Below are positions 50,172-62,625 of a stretch of DNA of 64,000 nucleotides, one piece after another; the stretch's first letter is position 1; each line of letters begins with the position of its first letter. The position numbers and the translations under genes were made by a program. The DNA lies in assembly GCA_030704615.1 (NCBI GenBank), contig CM060731.1, forward strand, positions 47,182,001-47,246,000, read 5' to 3'. The notes under the pieces were generated by a model that did not search any database, had not been told where the DNA came from, and was given only the letters and a program-made list of their open reading frames with translations. Origin of the DNA: Takakia lepidozioides. Lineage: Eukaryota > Plantae > Bryophyta.

Positions 50172-52135
50172 TCAGAACGAGTGAGGTCTGGTGAAGGATG
50201 GTCGCTGCAGGAATGCCAAGACTTTTCTGTTGTACTCAACTGGCCGCTCTGATTGCGGTGCATGCGCGGTTTTCTTGATTATCTCAAGTTCAGCATTCTC
50301 ACCAATATACCTGCAGCAAAGTTGCATTATGTCACTCTATCAGTGAATGCTCTGAGCTCAGCCCGCAGCAAGCTTACAAATCCAACAGTTTGATGTTCAT
50401 GCATGAGCAGGATGAAGGGGTTAGTGTGCTGAGGGCAACAGGCGGTCTGACTTTAATTGCCCCACTTCTCCTGTACTTGCAGATAGCTAATCTAATATGC
50501 AGTGGGTCCAAAATACATTCGCTGCTTTGCGAGAAAAATGATTGTTACTTACTGCTTGAGCTTGAACGCCATACTGACGTCAAAGACTGGATCAAATTCG
50601 CCCCATATGAGAAGAACATCCTGCAATTTATTGCCAAAGAAAAATGGTTATGACGTACTGCACGAGCCTGTATACCATACTGATGTCAAAGACTCAACTT
50701 CAGCGGTATGAGAAGAACATTCTGGAATGCCTTGCCAAAAACCTAAGAACCTGGGCTACCAACGTTTACCTGTGGAACACACACAAGCCTAGCCCAATGC
50801 AAAGAATCAGGAACACTGCCTCCAAGCCCTGCATCTCTGCAGAGTCTCACTGGCAAGTTCTAAGTGGGCACCTCTAGCTCAGTGCATGCATATTCACATG
50901 CATGTCTTCCCATGTTGCCAATTTTTCACTTGTAGCGGCTGGCAGGAGACAGACCTGGTTCACAACAGGCAGAGGCGGGGCGTTGTCCTTCCGAAGCTCC
51001 AAGGCATCAAGTAGCTCCAGTTTTTCTTTTCTATTTCTGTTATGAATCACCTATGCTTGCCAGACAACAAACATTGAGGGTGAGAGAACAAGCGACTGTT
51101 CAATGTAAATATCCGCATGGTGGGGTGCGGAAAGAAGACAGGGAAGGAACTTAATAACCTGCAAAATCATCTGAGAGTTTCAAAGACTGAGGTTTTAGCA
51201 TGTATTGATGGAACTCACTTTCAATACATCCTCGCAAATAAATGCAGGTATAGGAAAAGGAGGCTGCCAGTGAAACACCAGTTTTCCAGACCGCCTTACT
51301 CCCTCCACATCTCTTGGCAAGAGAATGTCTTTCACATCCTTCATGTTGAATCTTTCTGCAATGGCTTGGTCTGTGGCAGGGGTCATGTTTACCCCAGAGC
51401 TTGAGAGAACAAGCTTGTGAATGGCATGGGGGTATAGGTGGGCTAACCGGTAAGCAACAAAGCCCCCATAACTCGTCCCCACCACACTGAACTTGAACAC
51501 ACTGAGCTGTTGCAGGAGCTTCAGAACACATTCGGCCTGGGAAGCACCAAAGCACAGATCCACCATTACAATAACCTCAAAGGCATTAGACCAGTTCCAC
51601 AGAGGGACAGGCGTACCACAACTTCCGCGGTAGTAGAGTCAAACTAGGGCTGATCAACGAGGAAGTACTACGAACCATCCAGATTCTGAGCTCCTGCCAA
51701 CATCTTGCAGCAAACCTCCTGTAGGCAGAGGAGAAGTCCAAGGACTCCGTGTGCAGAGGATAACATAAGTGATGCCCAGTAGTTAGGGCGCTGCTACTGT
51801 ACCTGGAAAAGTTCGGATCTCTCTTTGCTTGTCGAAGTGGAATCCCCACAAAAGACGAGGTCGGGAACGTATAAATCAAAGACAGTCGAGAAGGTAGAGA
51901 TCTGGCGACCCCAAGTGATTCCATCGGCCCCGAATGCATGGAGGAGCACCAATGGGGGCTTCTCTGATGAAACCTTGGGATCTGCCTCTCTGTGTGATTT
52001 TCTGGGTATCCAACAGTGCATGGTGGTGCCATTGTCGAGCTCCACCAGGCGAGACTGGAGACCATTGGACCTAAAATATGCGTACAATGTACGATTGAAG
52101 AGGCGCGTCGTGCTGAACCCGCACAAGGTCTCCAT
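50172..52135 (-). CDS. Alpha/beta-hydrolase fold protein, paralog 2 (complete, 5 exons)
   Basis: Exons 52135-51803, 51536-51219, 51050-50955, 50620-50553, 50310-50172. Motifs: LVLLHAFG, YVPDLVFCGDS, GTSYGG, IWGEFDPVF, KKTAHAPQ (Ser/Asp/His triad). Confidence 0.92.
50659..50721 (-). other. Degenerate tandem duplicate of hydrolase-2 exon 4 retaining AG/GT splice sites
   Basis: ttccag|AATGTTCTTCTCATA...GTGCA|gtacgt; 63 nt versus 68 nt for the real exon; in-frame TGA. Confidence 0.75.
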
Positions 52136-54001
52136 CACCTTGCACTTTCCAAGGACGTTTTAAGCTAGTTCGGCCAACTGGCCCAGAAAACCCAGACCGG
52201 AAAAGAGGAGGAAGTGAAGCAATCTTCTTAAAGGTGTGCAGTATCGCACTTTAATTGCTAGGAGGGTGCAAGACTGAGATATTTGACCTGACTGACGAAC
52301 CAAGTAGCTACAGCGGGCCACGACTATGTGCTCAGTGCCTTGTTCCTCTTCTCAATGCTTCCATTTATGCACATGGGCTCTGTAATCACAATCCAACACT
52401 GCACTCACCGACCGCAACACATGTTCGAGGAATGCAGGTCCAGATGTTAATCAAAGGCTCAGACAAACTTAGCTGGACACTTGAGAAGGATGTACATCCT
52501 AGGATATACAGTTCCTCTCGATCAGAACACCTCTCTGACAGTCAGTAGAAAGCATTCACCTTTCAGCGACTCTTCCCACATACCCTCGCAAATGTGTACT
52601 CTCAAAGTGATAGCAGGCACCTTTCACAGTTACACACTCAACGCTCACTCCTCCTATACCACACGCAGGCTCCCCAGCAAATTTTCTTCCAGATCACCTC
52701 CTCTCGCAATCCAGCGTCACTTCCACTTTTCTGCAGCTGCATCCCGAGCACTGGCACTCGTGCTTTGGTGGGCAGATCCACAGCGACGCTGCAGACTCTC
52801 CCGCCTCGCCAGCAGCCTTGTGACCAAAATTCATCTAGGTCTCTTTTTTTTGGGCTCTTTAACCTCATTTTGAAGCCTGCCACACTAGCATCCAACATCC
52901 GATCTATCTAACTTAGTTTAAAGTCATTTCAATGACTAAACATATGAAACTGTATTTATTTCTTTCAATATCACATAGTCTGCTGTATATGTGGGCAGTA
53001 TGACTGTCTTTCTTGACTGTTAGTGTAGAGATAACTACGACTAAGGGCTACTTTATACACAGTCAGAACTAGTTACAGTGTTAACCATGGATGTGGATGA
53101 AGTGGGGAGTGGCTGGCTCTGAAACATACTCTTACGTAGAGACTCCCCTCTCCTTTCTCCTTTGGCACGTTCGTAGAGAGAAAAAAGACTCCAGCCCGAT
53201 CGGCGTAACTAAGAGCCATTTCGCCTTCCCCTTCAGGGGTGGGCCCTTTGCCACGTTCATACCTTCCAACACCTTGGTGGACGAAGGATTCATACACACT
53301 TGCGTGGCCGAGACTCTAACTCGTTGGCGACCACACTTTCCCGGTTTGTCCTGTCTATTCCACACGTCTTTTGGCTTTTTGAGTCTTTGATCTATGCTCC
53401 CATAGTACATGTGAAACTTTTAGCGACCATCCGAGGGCTTTAGCCTCTTAAAAAACTGCTGACCTACTTTTTTACTCATGATAGAACTTTAGGCTCTCTT
53501 TTATTGTTGTTTGTTTTGTTGCTTTACCAATGTGCGCAACATTTTGGAGCCAGGTTGTATTGCGGAGTCTAAGTGCGGTTCCAGACTAGCAACCGGACTG
53601 TGAAGCCTTAAAACAAGATGGGAGAATAATCTCTTGTCCTCTCAAGTATAGAACAAAACGACAAGGGGCGAGCAAGGATGAGCGTGCATTCATGCGAGAG
53701 GAGGATCTCAACAAGCGAACTGACAGAAAATCATACACACGTATCGCAATTAGACAGCTTTACACATCTACATACACCAGAGTACATGAGGTGCCTGACA
53801 CAAGGTCAGGCCGCCGCTTTATACAAACCCTAGTTGTATGCCTTCACGCTGCATGGCGAGGCGTGACAGGTTGAGCCAGTGACGCCTCATCATATCCCTA
53901 GATCTATTGAACTTGTCGAGCGCATACGTATCGCTACACAACTACATCGCTGTCCAAACTACACCACACATATATGCACAATAAAGTAGTCTGCCACAAT
54001 C

Positions 54002-54350
54002 GATTGAAAACTAAAATCACACTGTTGACACAGAAACACTCAATACAACCCAATCACTCATTAAAACTACGAGTCGAACCAGGGGCACCCCAAGCTATGG
54101 GGACTCCACCCCACAACATCATATTCTCCCTTCATAAGCACACTTAGATTCTAAGCAGTGAAGGAGCTCGGTCGTGCAGGCTCAACTCGAGAGAGACGAG
54201 TCGCACGACTGACGCTCTCATGAAGATAAGATGGTTAAGGTGTCAAGCTAAACTTGATACCTGACTTAACACTTGAACTAAATCCAAGTGTTAAATACAA
54301 ATAACTAGATTTATTCTAGTTAGTTTCACACTGTGTTTATTTAACTTGAC
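54002..54350. repeat. ~320-350 bp hairpin-rich dispersed repeat, possibly LTR-derived; other copies at 57204-57523 and (partial) 60554-60631
   Basis: Near-identical direct copies; internal hairpins gtcgtgc..gcacgac, aggtgtcaag..cttgatacct and ttaacacttg..caagtgttaa. Confidence 0.8.
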
Positions 54351-54698
54351 AGCTGTCGTGCGCATACGTATTGCTACACAACTACATCGTTGTCCAAACT
54401 ACACCACACATATATGCACAATAAAGTAATCTGCCACAATCGCTCCCCTAGCTGTTGGATAGGTCCCTCTAACTCTAGATAGCTACAAGATGTAATAGCC
54501 ACAGCCGTACTAAGTCCTCTATCACTGTCCCTATTGTACTCAAACTCTATAGACCAAGAGGCCGGATACAAGAGTAGCCCCATCGTTAGTCGCCGTCTTG
54601 CAATCTGTGAACTTGAGCCAGGATCTCGTGTGTTCAAGGTCTCCTAGTAGCTTGGCCTTGCATTTCTTGTTAGCCTCCCATGGTTGTATCCACTCCCA

Positions 54699-57180
54699 CT
54701 ACCCAATACAATGCGGACATAACCAATCCCCATCAGGAACCATCTCAAGAGGTGGAGTCAAGCATCCCATATACCAACCTCTAGAGCATCGATCACACAC
54801 TAGCATGGTGGCTGCCCCTCTAGCAGACCCACAACATACACCTCAAACTTGCAGGTACCACTGCCAGGTTTGGGTCAATCCTGCCATCGACATTCGGAAG
54901 GTGACATGGCGCGCAATTACGCACATGGTCCTTCCAAGTTATGCCATCCCGACCCTCTAAGATCAAGACGCCTGAGGGAAATACCTCTCGAACCCTCAAA
55001 ATAACACGTCATGCAGTCACATCCAAGGTCGTAGGAGCAGTCTGCTGCAGATAAACATAGTCACCAGGGTTAAATCTCCGAATCCCAAGACGATAGCCCC
55101 CACCACGTATGGTAGCATACCTCACCGTATCACAATGTTGTGCAATGGCAAGGTTCTCGAAAGCCATGGGCATGACTTTCTTGAACAACTCTGCACGCTG
55201 ATCACATGCACGTGCCCACACGTCCGGATTGTCAAGGTTAAGAACTGTAGCAGCTTCTCTACGAATGGATGTAGGCAAATCCGGCTCTCAGCCAAAGAGA
55301 AGAAAGTATGGTGAGAAGGAGGCAAGTGATGCTTGCTTGTTGAACCTGTAGCCCATGGCTAACCAGGGTAACTAAAGGTCCCAATCTCATAGGTGTCCCT
55401 TCTGCAAGCCATACTTGCGCAAACCCCTCTTTACTGTCTGAACAACCCTCTCTGCCAAGCCATCGGCCTCAGGATGATCTCGAGAAGTGGTGCGGTGGTC
55501 TACCAAGGCCTAGTCACACAAAGCCTAAAACTCCCCCAAGAACTCTCTCCCTTGGTCCATGAGTACCTCAGTTGGAGCACCGAATCGGCTAAGTACACAA
55601 TCCAAGAATGCATACGCAGCTCCCTCACTAGCCTTATCAGGCAATGGAACCAACTCCATCCACTTAGAGAAGTGCTCCACCATCACCAACACGTACTTGT
55701 TGTGGCGCATGGTCAGTGGCAACGGCCCTGCGAAGTCAAGACTCCACCTGTAGTCCAATCCAATGATCGGAAGAGGGTGCAATTGTGGAGTAGGGGCGTG
55801 AATGAAGCACGCACCCTGTCACACACCATGCACCTAGCCACAAATTGTTGCACCTCTGTGTGCATACCACGCCACCAATACTGCCCCTACAGTAGACTAT
55901 GAGTGCGTCGCACCCCAAAATGCCCCAACTCCTCATGGGCATGCCGCACTAACCGTGCCCGCTGGGTTGGGTGAGGCACAATCCTCACTCGACCATCCTC
56001 CCACACTCGGAGCAGGTGTGTCCCCTCCCACTTGAACCTCTTGGCTCATTGTAGGATCCAGGCTCGTTGTAGGATCCGATCCCTCTCCTTGGCAGTCATA
56101 GTGGCTGTTGTGTCTCCAGTGTGGAGATAGTCCAACACAACTGAATCCTCATGTATATCTTTGGCGCCACCTTGCTCATTGCTGGCCTCAGGGTCCTCAG
56201 ACACTTGATCTACAGTCATCCATGTTGCAGGTCCAACCTGGCCTTCCGCTGCCAAGATACACAGAAATGCTGATGCATGCCATCCGGGCACCATCTCCTC
56301 GTCCGTCTCACCATGCCACCGAGCTCCAGTGTCATCTTATTGGCTCGTGCATGGATTGCGACTCAACCCATCTGCATCCCGATTGACCAAACCCGGTCGA
56401 TGCACAACCTGGAAGTCATATTCTTGAAGGATGAGTGCTCACCGTGCAAGCTTCCCCGTAAGCTTGTCTGATTGTGCCACGGCCCACACTGCAGCTAAGC
56501 ATTTTCCCTCATATGAGCTATACTTAGACTCTGCAGCGTTGTTTGAGCGGCTAGCATAAGCCACTACGAACTCTCTTCCCTCATCATCCACCTGTGTGAA
56601 CACTGCTCCAAGCCCCAGCATGCTCCAATCTGTATGCAGCTGAAAAGGACGCCCCCTGATAGGTCGTCTCAAGATGGGCGCTGAGGTCAACCTCGCCTTG
56701 AGCTCTTGAAAAGCTTGTTCTTGCTCATCTTCCCACTGCCACTCTTGGTCCACCTTGGTCAGTTTGGTTAGAGCCTTTGCAATGGCACTAAATCCCTTAA
56801 CAAACTGTCTATAATAGTTTGCTAACCCCATGAAAGCTCGGACTCGGCTCACATCCGTGGGGCGTGGAATCTGTGCAATGGACTCTACCTTAGTCTGCTG
56901 TACCCCCAATCCTCCAGGATATATCATGTGACCCAGATACTCAATTTGGTTGTGGAAAAACTTGCACTTCCCCGGATGTAACTTCAATCCGTGCGCCCTC
57001 AAGCGCTCAAATACCACCTGAAGGTGTCTCTCATGCTCCTCCACCGTAGCACTAAAGATGATGATGTCATCTATGTAGCACCGAGCAAACTCCACCCCTG
57101 CTAGAATCCTATCCATGACTCTCTGAAACTCTGCATGAGCGTTCTTAAGCCCAAATGGTAAGAACCGCCACTGGTATAGT
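54699..57180 (-). mobile_element. Ty3/Gypsy pol remnant: RT, RNase H, integrase, C-terminal PHD finger
   Basis: PFGLKNA, CYIDDIII, LHTDWSMLGLGAV, HEELGHFG..C..C, WSLDFAGPL, TEVLMDQGREF, then C-x2-[C]...LVCDRCSRGWYMGCLTPPL...GDWLCPHC*. Confidence 0.9.
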
Positions 57181-57523
57181 AGCTCCATACATCTCTCTCG
57201 AGTGATTGAAAACTAAAATCACACTTTTAACACAGAAACACTCAATACAACACAATCACTCATTAAAACTACGAGTCGAGCCAGGGGCACCCCAAGCTAT
57301 GGGGACTCCACCCCACAAACATTATATTCTCCCTTCATAAGCACACTTAGATTCTAAGAAGTAAAGGAGCTCGGTCGTGCAGGCTCAACTCGAGAGAGAT
57401 GAGTCGCACGACTGATGCTCTCGTGAAGATAAGATGGTTCAGGTGTCAAGCTAAACTTGATACCTGACTTAACACTTGAACTAAATCCAAGTGTTAAATA
57501 CAAATAACTAGATTTATTCTAGT

Positions 57524-57950
57524 TGTCGTGCGCATACGTATTGCTACACAACTACATCACTGTCCAAACCACACATATATGCACAATAAAGTAGTCTCTT
57601 GTGGATTGCGCATCTGCTGCAAATCACACCAGCTGTCAAACTCCTGGATAAAGTCATCCAGCTCGATTGTGCCCACAGCTCCAGAGTATCTACGAGGCCC
57701 CTTAGTAGCTCCATACATCTCCTCCATGTCGTCCCACAATAATGGCGAAGAAAACTGCACACCTGTTGATGAAGCCTCCGGGTCTGTGTTAAACTATACA
57801 GTAGTTGAAAGTGGAGGTAAAGGTGGTCTGAACCGAATACCTCGTCTTGTGAACCCACTCTCACTGCTATTACCTGTAGCCGTACTCCCCTCAAAACCCT
57901 TCGGTAATTCCGTGATGATACTCACAACGTGCACCTCCCCTACGTGACAC
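57524..57950 (-). mobile_element. Gypsy gag N-terminal remnant; ~90-bp pieces also at 53915-54001 and 54355-54442
   Basis: EEMYGATKGPRRYSGAVGTIELDDFIQEFDSWCDLQQMRNP; same strand as and upstream of the pol remnant. Confidence 0.6.
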
Positions 57951-58171
57951 TATAAGGCTCTAGTACTAATTCTAATAGTGACACATGTGGGTACCTGTTG
58001 CAATTTAAGGGTCATATCCCAGTGGCTCAGGGCACCTGCACCTGCATCCACCGCAAGAACTCCTATGGTTGGCTGGTCATTAACCCAGTCTCACCATAGA
58101 AGAAACACTGGTGGTCTTGCTGGTCATCACTCCAGCCTCACCACCGACAACATACTCTAGGATTGACCGGT

Positions 58172-58420
58172 GATGATCTAATATTACACCGGGACATATC
58201 AGAGGGTACATTGAACACACTGGCCAAAAGTCTCAAAACGAACGAAAAATCATTTGGATGGGCGACCATCCGTCGGCCCATTGAACGAATTTCGGTTGAT
58301 CTCATATTACTTTGGGGCCTCTTCCATGGCACATTGAACATACTGGCCAAGTCTCAAAACGAACCAAAATCATCTCGATGGCCAACCATCCGTTGAGCCA
58401 TCGAATGAATCTCGCTTGAT
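58172..58420. repeat. Two-copy ~122 bp tandem repeat
   Basis: gatct.atattac...cattgaaca.actggccaa..gtctcaaaacgaac.aaaatcat...accatccgt occurs twice. Confidence 0.8.
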
Positions 58421-60631
58421 CCGTATGAAAGCAAACGCCCACACAAAACCAACATGGCGCACAGTCAAGCATGCAGGTGTTGGGGGGGATCCAAACACAA
58501 GAAATCAAAACATCAACACCCCCACATCAAAATCCATCTGCAGTGCTGATCCTGCAGAATATCCCAGCCCAAAACCCCGGACTGACTAGCCTCCACCAAG
58601 AGAGGCTTTGGCAACTACAAGTACAAAATAATGAAAATAGTAAAAAGAGGGAGGGGAAGAATAGAGGCCCGACCAAGCAAGATTTAATCCTGATCTATGC
58701 TATCAACTGCCAGACTTCTCTCAAAGTGCCTCGCTCTGTATGATGGTAAGGTGTAGGAGGTATATCTATGTCCAGAAACCTGCCACTAACCTTGTCCCAA
58801 GCTACAGTAGCTCGCTCTAACCAACCCTCCTCCTCTTTCTGCCAGGTAGAGACAAAGCAATATTTCCTTATCTCCCGCTCACTGAATACTAAAGAAAATA
58901 AAGGTAAGGTCTGACAGTCTCTCAACTCGAAAGCTTTGAGACGGTTGCAAGTGTCCTCATTGCGAATGACTACATCTCCTTCAAGCAGAACAAACTTGTC
59001 ATTGCTAATGAACCCCCGCTCGTGGTTGCCTTGTGCAAAGCGTGTCCGGCTGCAACCATGTCTGATTGCAAAAACTTGTGTAGCTCCTGCTCATTTGCTC
59101 CAGTACACCACGGCCTTGTGGCTGAACACCTTGGTCCCCGGGGCCGTCTTTGGTTGTGTTCCAAGCCTAGCTTCCACCCACTTTGGTATTTCACCTACAG
59201 CTGCAGAACTGCTCGCTCCAACAGAGTTCTGACTGTCCAAAGCAATATTGAGGCCCGCAACGCCAATTACAGCAGTTTGTTGTCTATTGCTAATGCCTGA
59301 CTCCCAGTATGCAATCAACTCGTCCAACTGCTCCCCACTCAAATCAGTCTGAGTTCCTTGAGAAACATAAATCTTGTCCCCTTGTGTGCACAGGCTAAGA
59401 GAAGAGACTTGCCCTTCAATTACGTCCTCATTTCCCCCAGCCGTACAAGGAGGACATCCCCAGATTTGTCTCTCATGTAGACCACAACAGGTTCTAGAAA
59501 CAAAATTGTGGATCTTTCATAGCACACTCACACTAAAAAAATTCCATAGATTTTAAGCAGAGTCCAAAAAAAAACTAAAACCAAGTCTAGATAGGTAGAT
59601 TTTCCCTTTCTGCAGCTATCCCCCCAAAAACTGAGTCAAACGGAGTCCATTTGACAGAGATATGACCAATTAGGCTCTAAATCATTGAAATTAGATCAAA
59701 AGGGGTTTTTTTTTTTTTTAACACCAAAACGTTCTCGCCATTAAAAGTTGTTCCCAGGTTATCTACGGGTTCCGAGCACGTCCATGTAGTTCTCATATAC
59801 TCCCTGGCAGCGTGGCCTATAATTCCCAGGATTCATTTGTGGTTACAGGCGCACCACCACACGCTTGCTCTCTTAGTGAGCTGCTTTGCTCCAGCCAAGA
59901 TCCGTGCTCTGCTCCAACCACGACTATCGAGCTCGGGTGTATGGCTGTGGCGATGGCGATGGCCTGTGCAGCGTCAGGCATCTCGACAACGCCTGCATTG
60001 GCCGTCCCTGCATTGCTATGTGCGCATGCTCACTCCAGGGCCAATCCACGAATTCATTGTCCGGCACGATCGGCAAATCTGGATAGTGACCCCGGCTTTG
60101 ATGCACTGGTTCCCACTTTCCTTTCACTGAGCGAACGAAATTACTCGCTGGTAAGGCTGCATCCAGTCCAACGACGTGCCTATCCAAGTTTGGGACACAG
60201 AGACTCATGCTCTAATGGACACAAACAACACTCGAGAGCATGGCTGAGGCAGGAAACTTCGACAAAGCACCAAATAAGGACTCACTTCCGAGACTCCGGA
60301 TAGAGCCTCCTCCTGGAGAGATGCTTCTCTGCCTGCAAACAAGTAGTTCCCCTACCACCCAACTCCAACAATCGCAACCTTGGACAATCGAACGAGGCCC
60401 TATCCGTCGAGCTCCGGTATAACACGAGATGCCAAGCTTGTGGATTCTACCAGATTCTACGACAACCCTCTACGCTCCTCAGAAACCGAGCTTGGCACCA
60501 CCCATAATAGGAAAAAAAACCAACAGCCTATTCTTCCTTACATTTGCGCATCCAGATTCTAAGCAGTGAAGGAGCTCGGTCGTGCAGGCTCAACTCGAGA
60601 GAGATGAGTCGCACGACTGACGCTCTCGTGA

Positions 60632-62625
60632 GTTTCCTGAAGTCAACACAAAAGCGGGTAGTACCATCTTTCTTACTAACCAGGACAATTGGACTGGCCC
60701 AAGGAGAAACTGATGGCTTAATCACACCAGCATCTAGCATTTTCTGGACTTCTTCTTGGACTATAACACGCTCCCGATACCTCTCTCGGTATGCAAATTG
60801 CTTAATAAGAGGTCCGTCAGTAACAATGTCATGTTGAAGGATGGGAGTACGCCCTAGATCAGCAGATCCTAAGCTGAAGACATCTAGATTCTTGGCAATA
60901 AACATCTCCACTCTTCTCTTTTGGCCTGAGGATCTAGGGCGGTGCCTAATTTGATTTCAGACAGCACTTTGGTGAGGGCAACCTTACCCTCAGGACTGAG
61001 ATCAGGGATAGGTGGTGGTGCAATTGCAGCAAAAGCAGCAACAACATCCAAGGGCCCATGTTGTATGCCAATGGTTTTTAGCCCAAACCCAGCTTACACT
61101 TCTTGTATTTCAACAATGGGTAAAGCAGTGATGCGAGCCAGGACCTGTCCCTTCTTAATAGTCACAGGAAAGCGCTCTGGATTAGCAATTAAGATCTTGA
61201 CTTCCTGCCTATATCCTCTATCTATGACACCAGTAGCCACACATTACACGTGATCGATATCAATGTCATTTACTTTACATTGACCAACAATAATACATTG
61301 AACGTATTCTCAAGAAATTTGGTTATGCGGATGCCAACATTGTGGTAGTGCCTGTTGATCCCAATGTTCTGTTCAATTTTGCCGACATATATTTTCCATA
61401 CTCTGCGATTGTTGGTAGCTTGACATTTGCAAGTATTGGAAAATGACCAGATATCTCATATGCAATATCTCAGGCTGGAAATTTTTTGCACAATCTCCTC
61501 GGACTCATTGTCTTGCAGTAAAGTGCATCCTCAAATATTCGAAGGGCACCTCAAATCTTGTTATCTTTTCTGGAGGACCACCTCCTTCCAATGGGAGATC
61601 TCACAGCATACTGTGATTCTGACAACTTAGTAGATTTGGACGATCATAAGTCTCGCGTGGCTATGCATTATTTTTGAATGATGGACATATCGTTTCGGGT
61701 AGCAGAAAACAACAATGCACAAGATTCGTTATGGAAGCAAAGTACATTGTCAGTTTCGTTGCAACCAAAGAAATTGTTTAGCATCGTCGTTTTCTGGGAA
61801 GAATTGATTATCCCCAAACCAGCCAATCTATCCCGAGTGCAGACAATGGTAAAAGAGGTACAACAGAACTCTCACTCCAGCCTCATTGGCATGATTTTTA
61901 CAAATTCCAGCCTGATCTTCAACTCTTGTATCAAAGACATGTTCCTAGTACTGATGGTAGAATAGGGGTGCCCATGGCTATTCCAAAGAATTCTACTCTG
62001 ACTCGTGCACCCATGAATGTCACCATCCCTGCTATGACCCAGAAAATGGTCAAATCTGGTCTGGCCTTTTTGTGCCCAGCTGCTCATTTCCTGGAAGTAG
62101 AAGGTTGGAGAAGACTGCTCTCAAGCATTGTTTGTGCAAACCAACATAACACTAGTTTTGATCTTAAACAAATTCTCGAAGCAAATCATTTAGCAATTGC
62201 AGTCAAGAAGTCTGCGATTAGGACTGCATTACAAATCAGTCCAAGAATGGTTGTCACACTATGGTTGCTAGCACCTCTTCAGTAATAAGTTGTCGTTGAT
62301 GAACTTGTCCCTGAGAACTCTAGTTGTTTCCTTGATACCATGATGACATTTAGATGGATGTACATGATTCTTTTTAGGGCCCACCCCTCTCTCGAAAGAG
62401 GCTACTAGGGGCGATAGACAAAAGGTGAGAAGGATCTTAGAGCCTCTTTACACTAGAGTGGAATTTGACAATTTGGCTTGTGTCATGTCAACTGGACGCT
62501 CAAGTGATCTTTCAATTAAACTCCCGTGTGAAGTGCCCAAGTAACGCTTTGGTTCAAACCACCCAATGACAAGAGTGGAGAGAGAAGGGAAAAAGAATCT
62601 CACTTTTCATATGGCAATGTCATCT
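60632..62625 (-). mobile_element. Truncated Ty3/Gypsy element: putative 5' LTR (62341-62625), PBS, decayed gag, RT N-terminus
   Basis: RT start LGRTPILQHDI...EEVQKMLDAGVIKPSVSPWASPIVLVSKKDGTTRFCVDFRKL. PBS-like TGGTATCAAG at 62331-62340 abuts tgatgacatt...aatgtcatc inverted ends. Confidence 0.7.
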
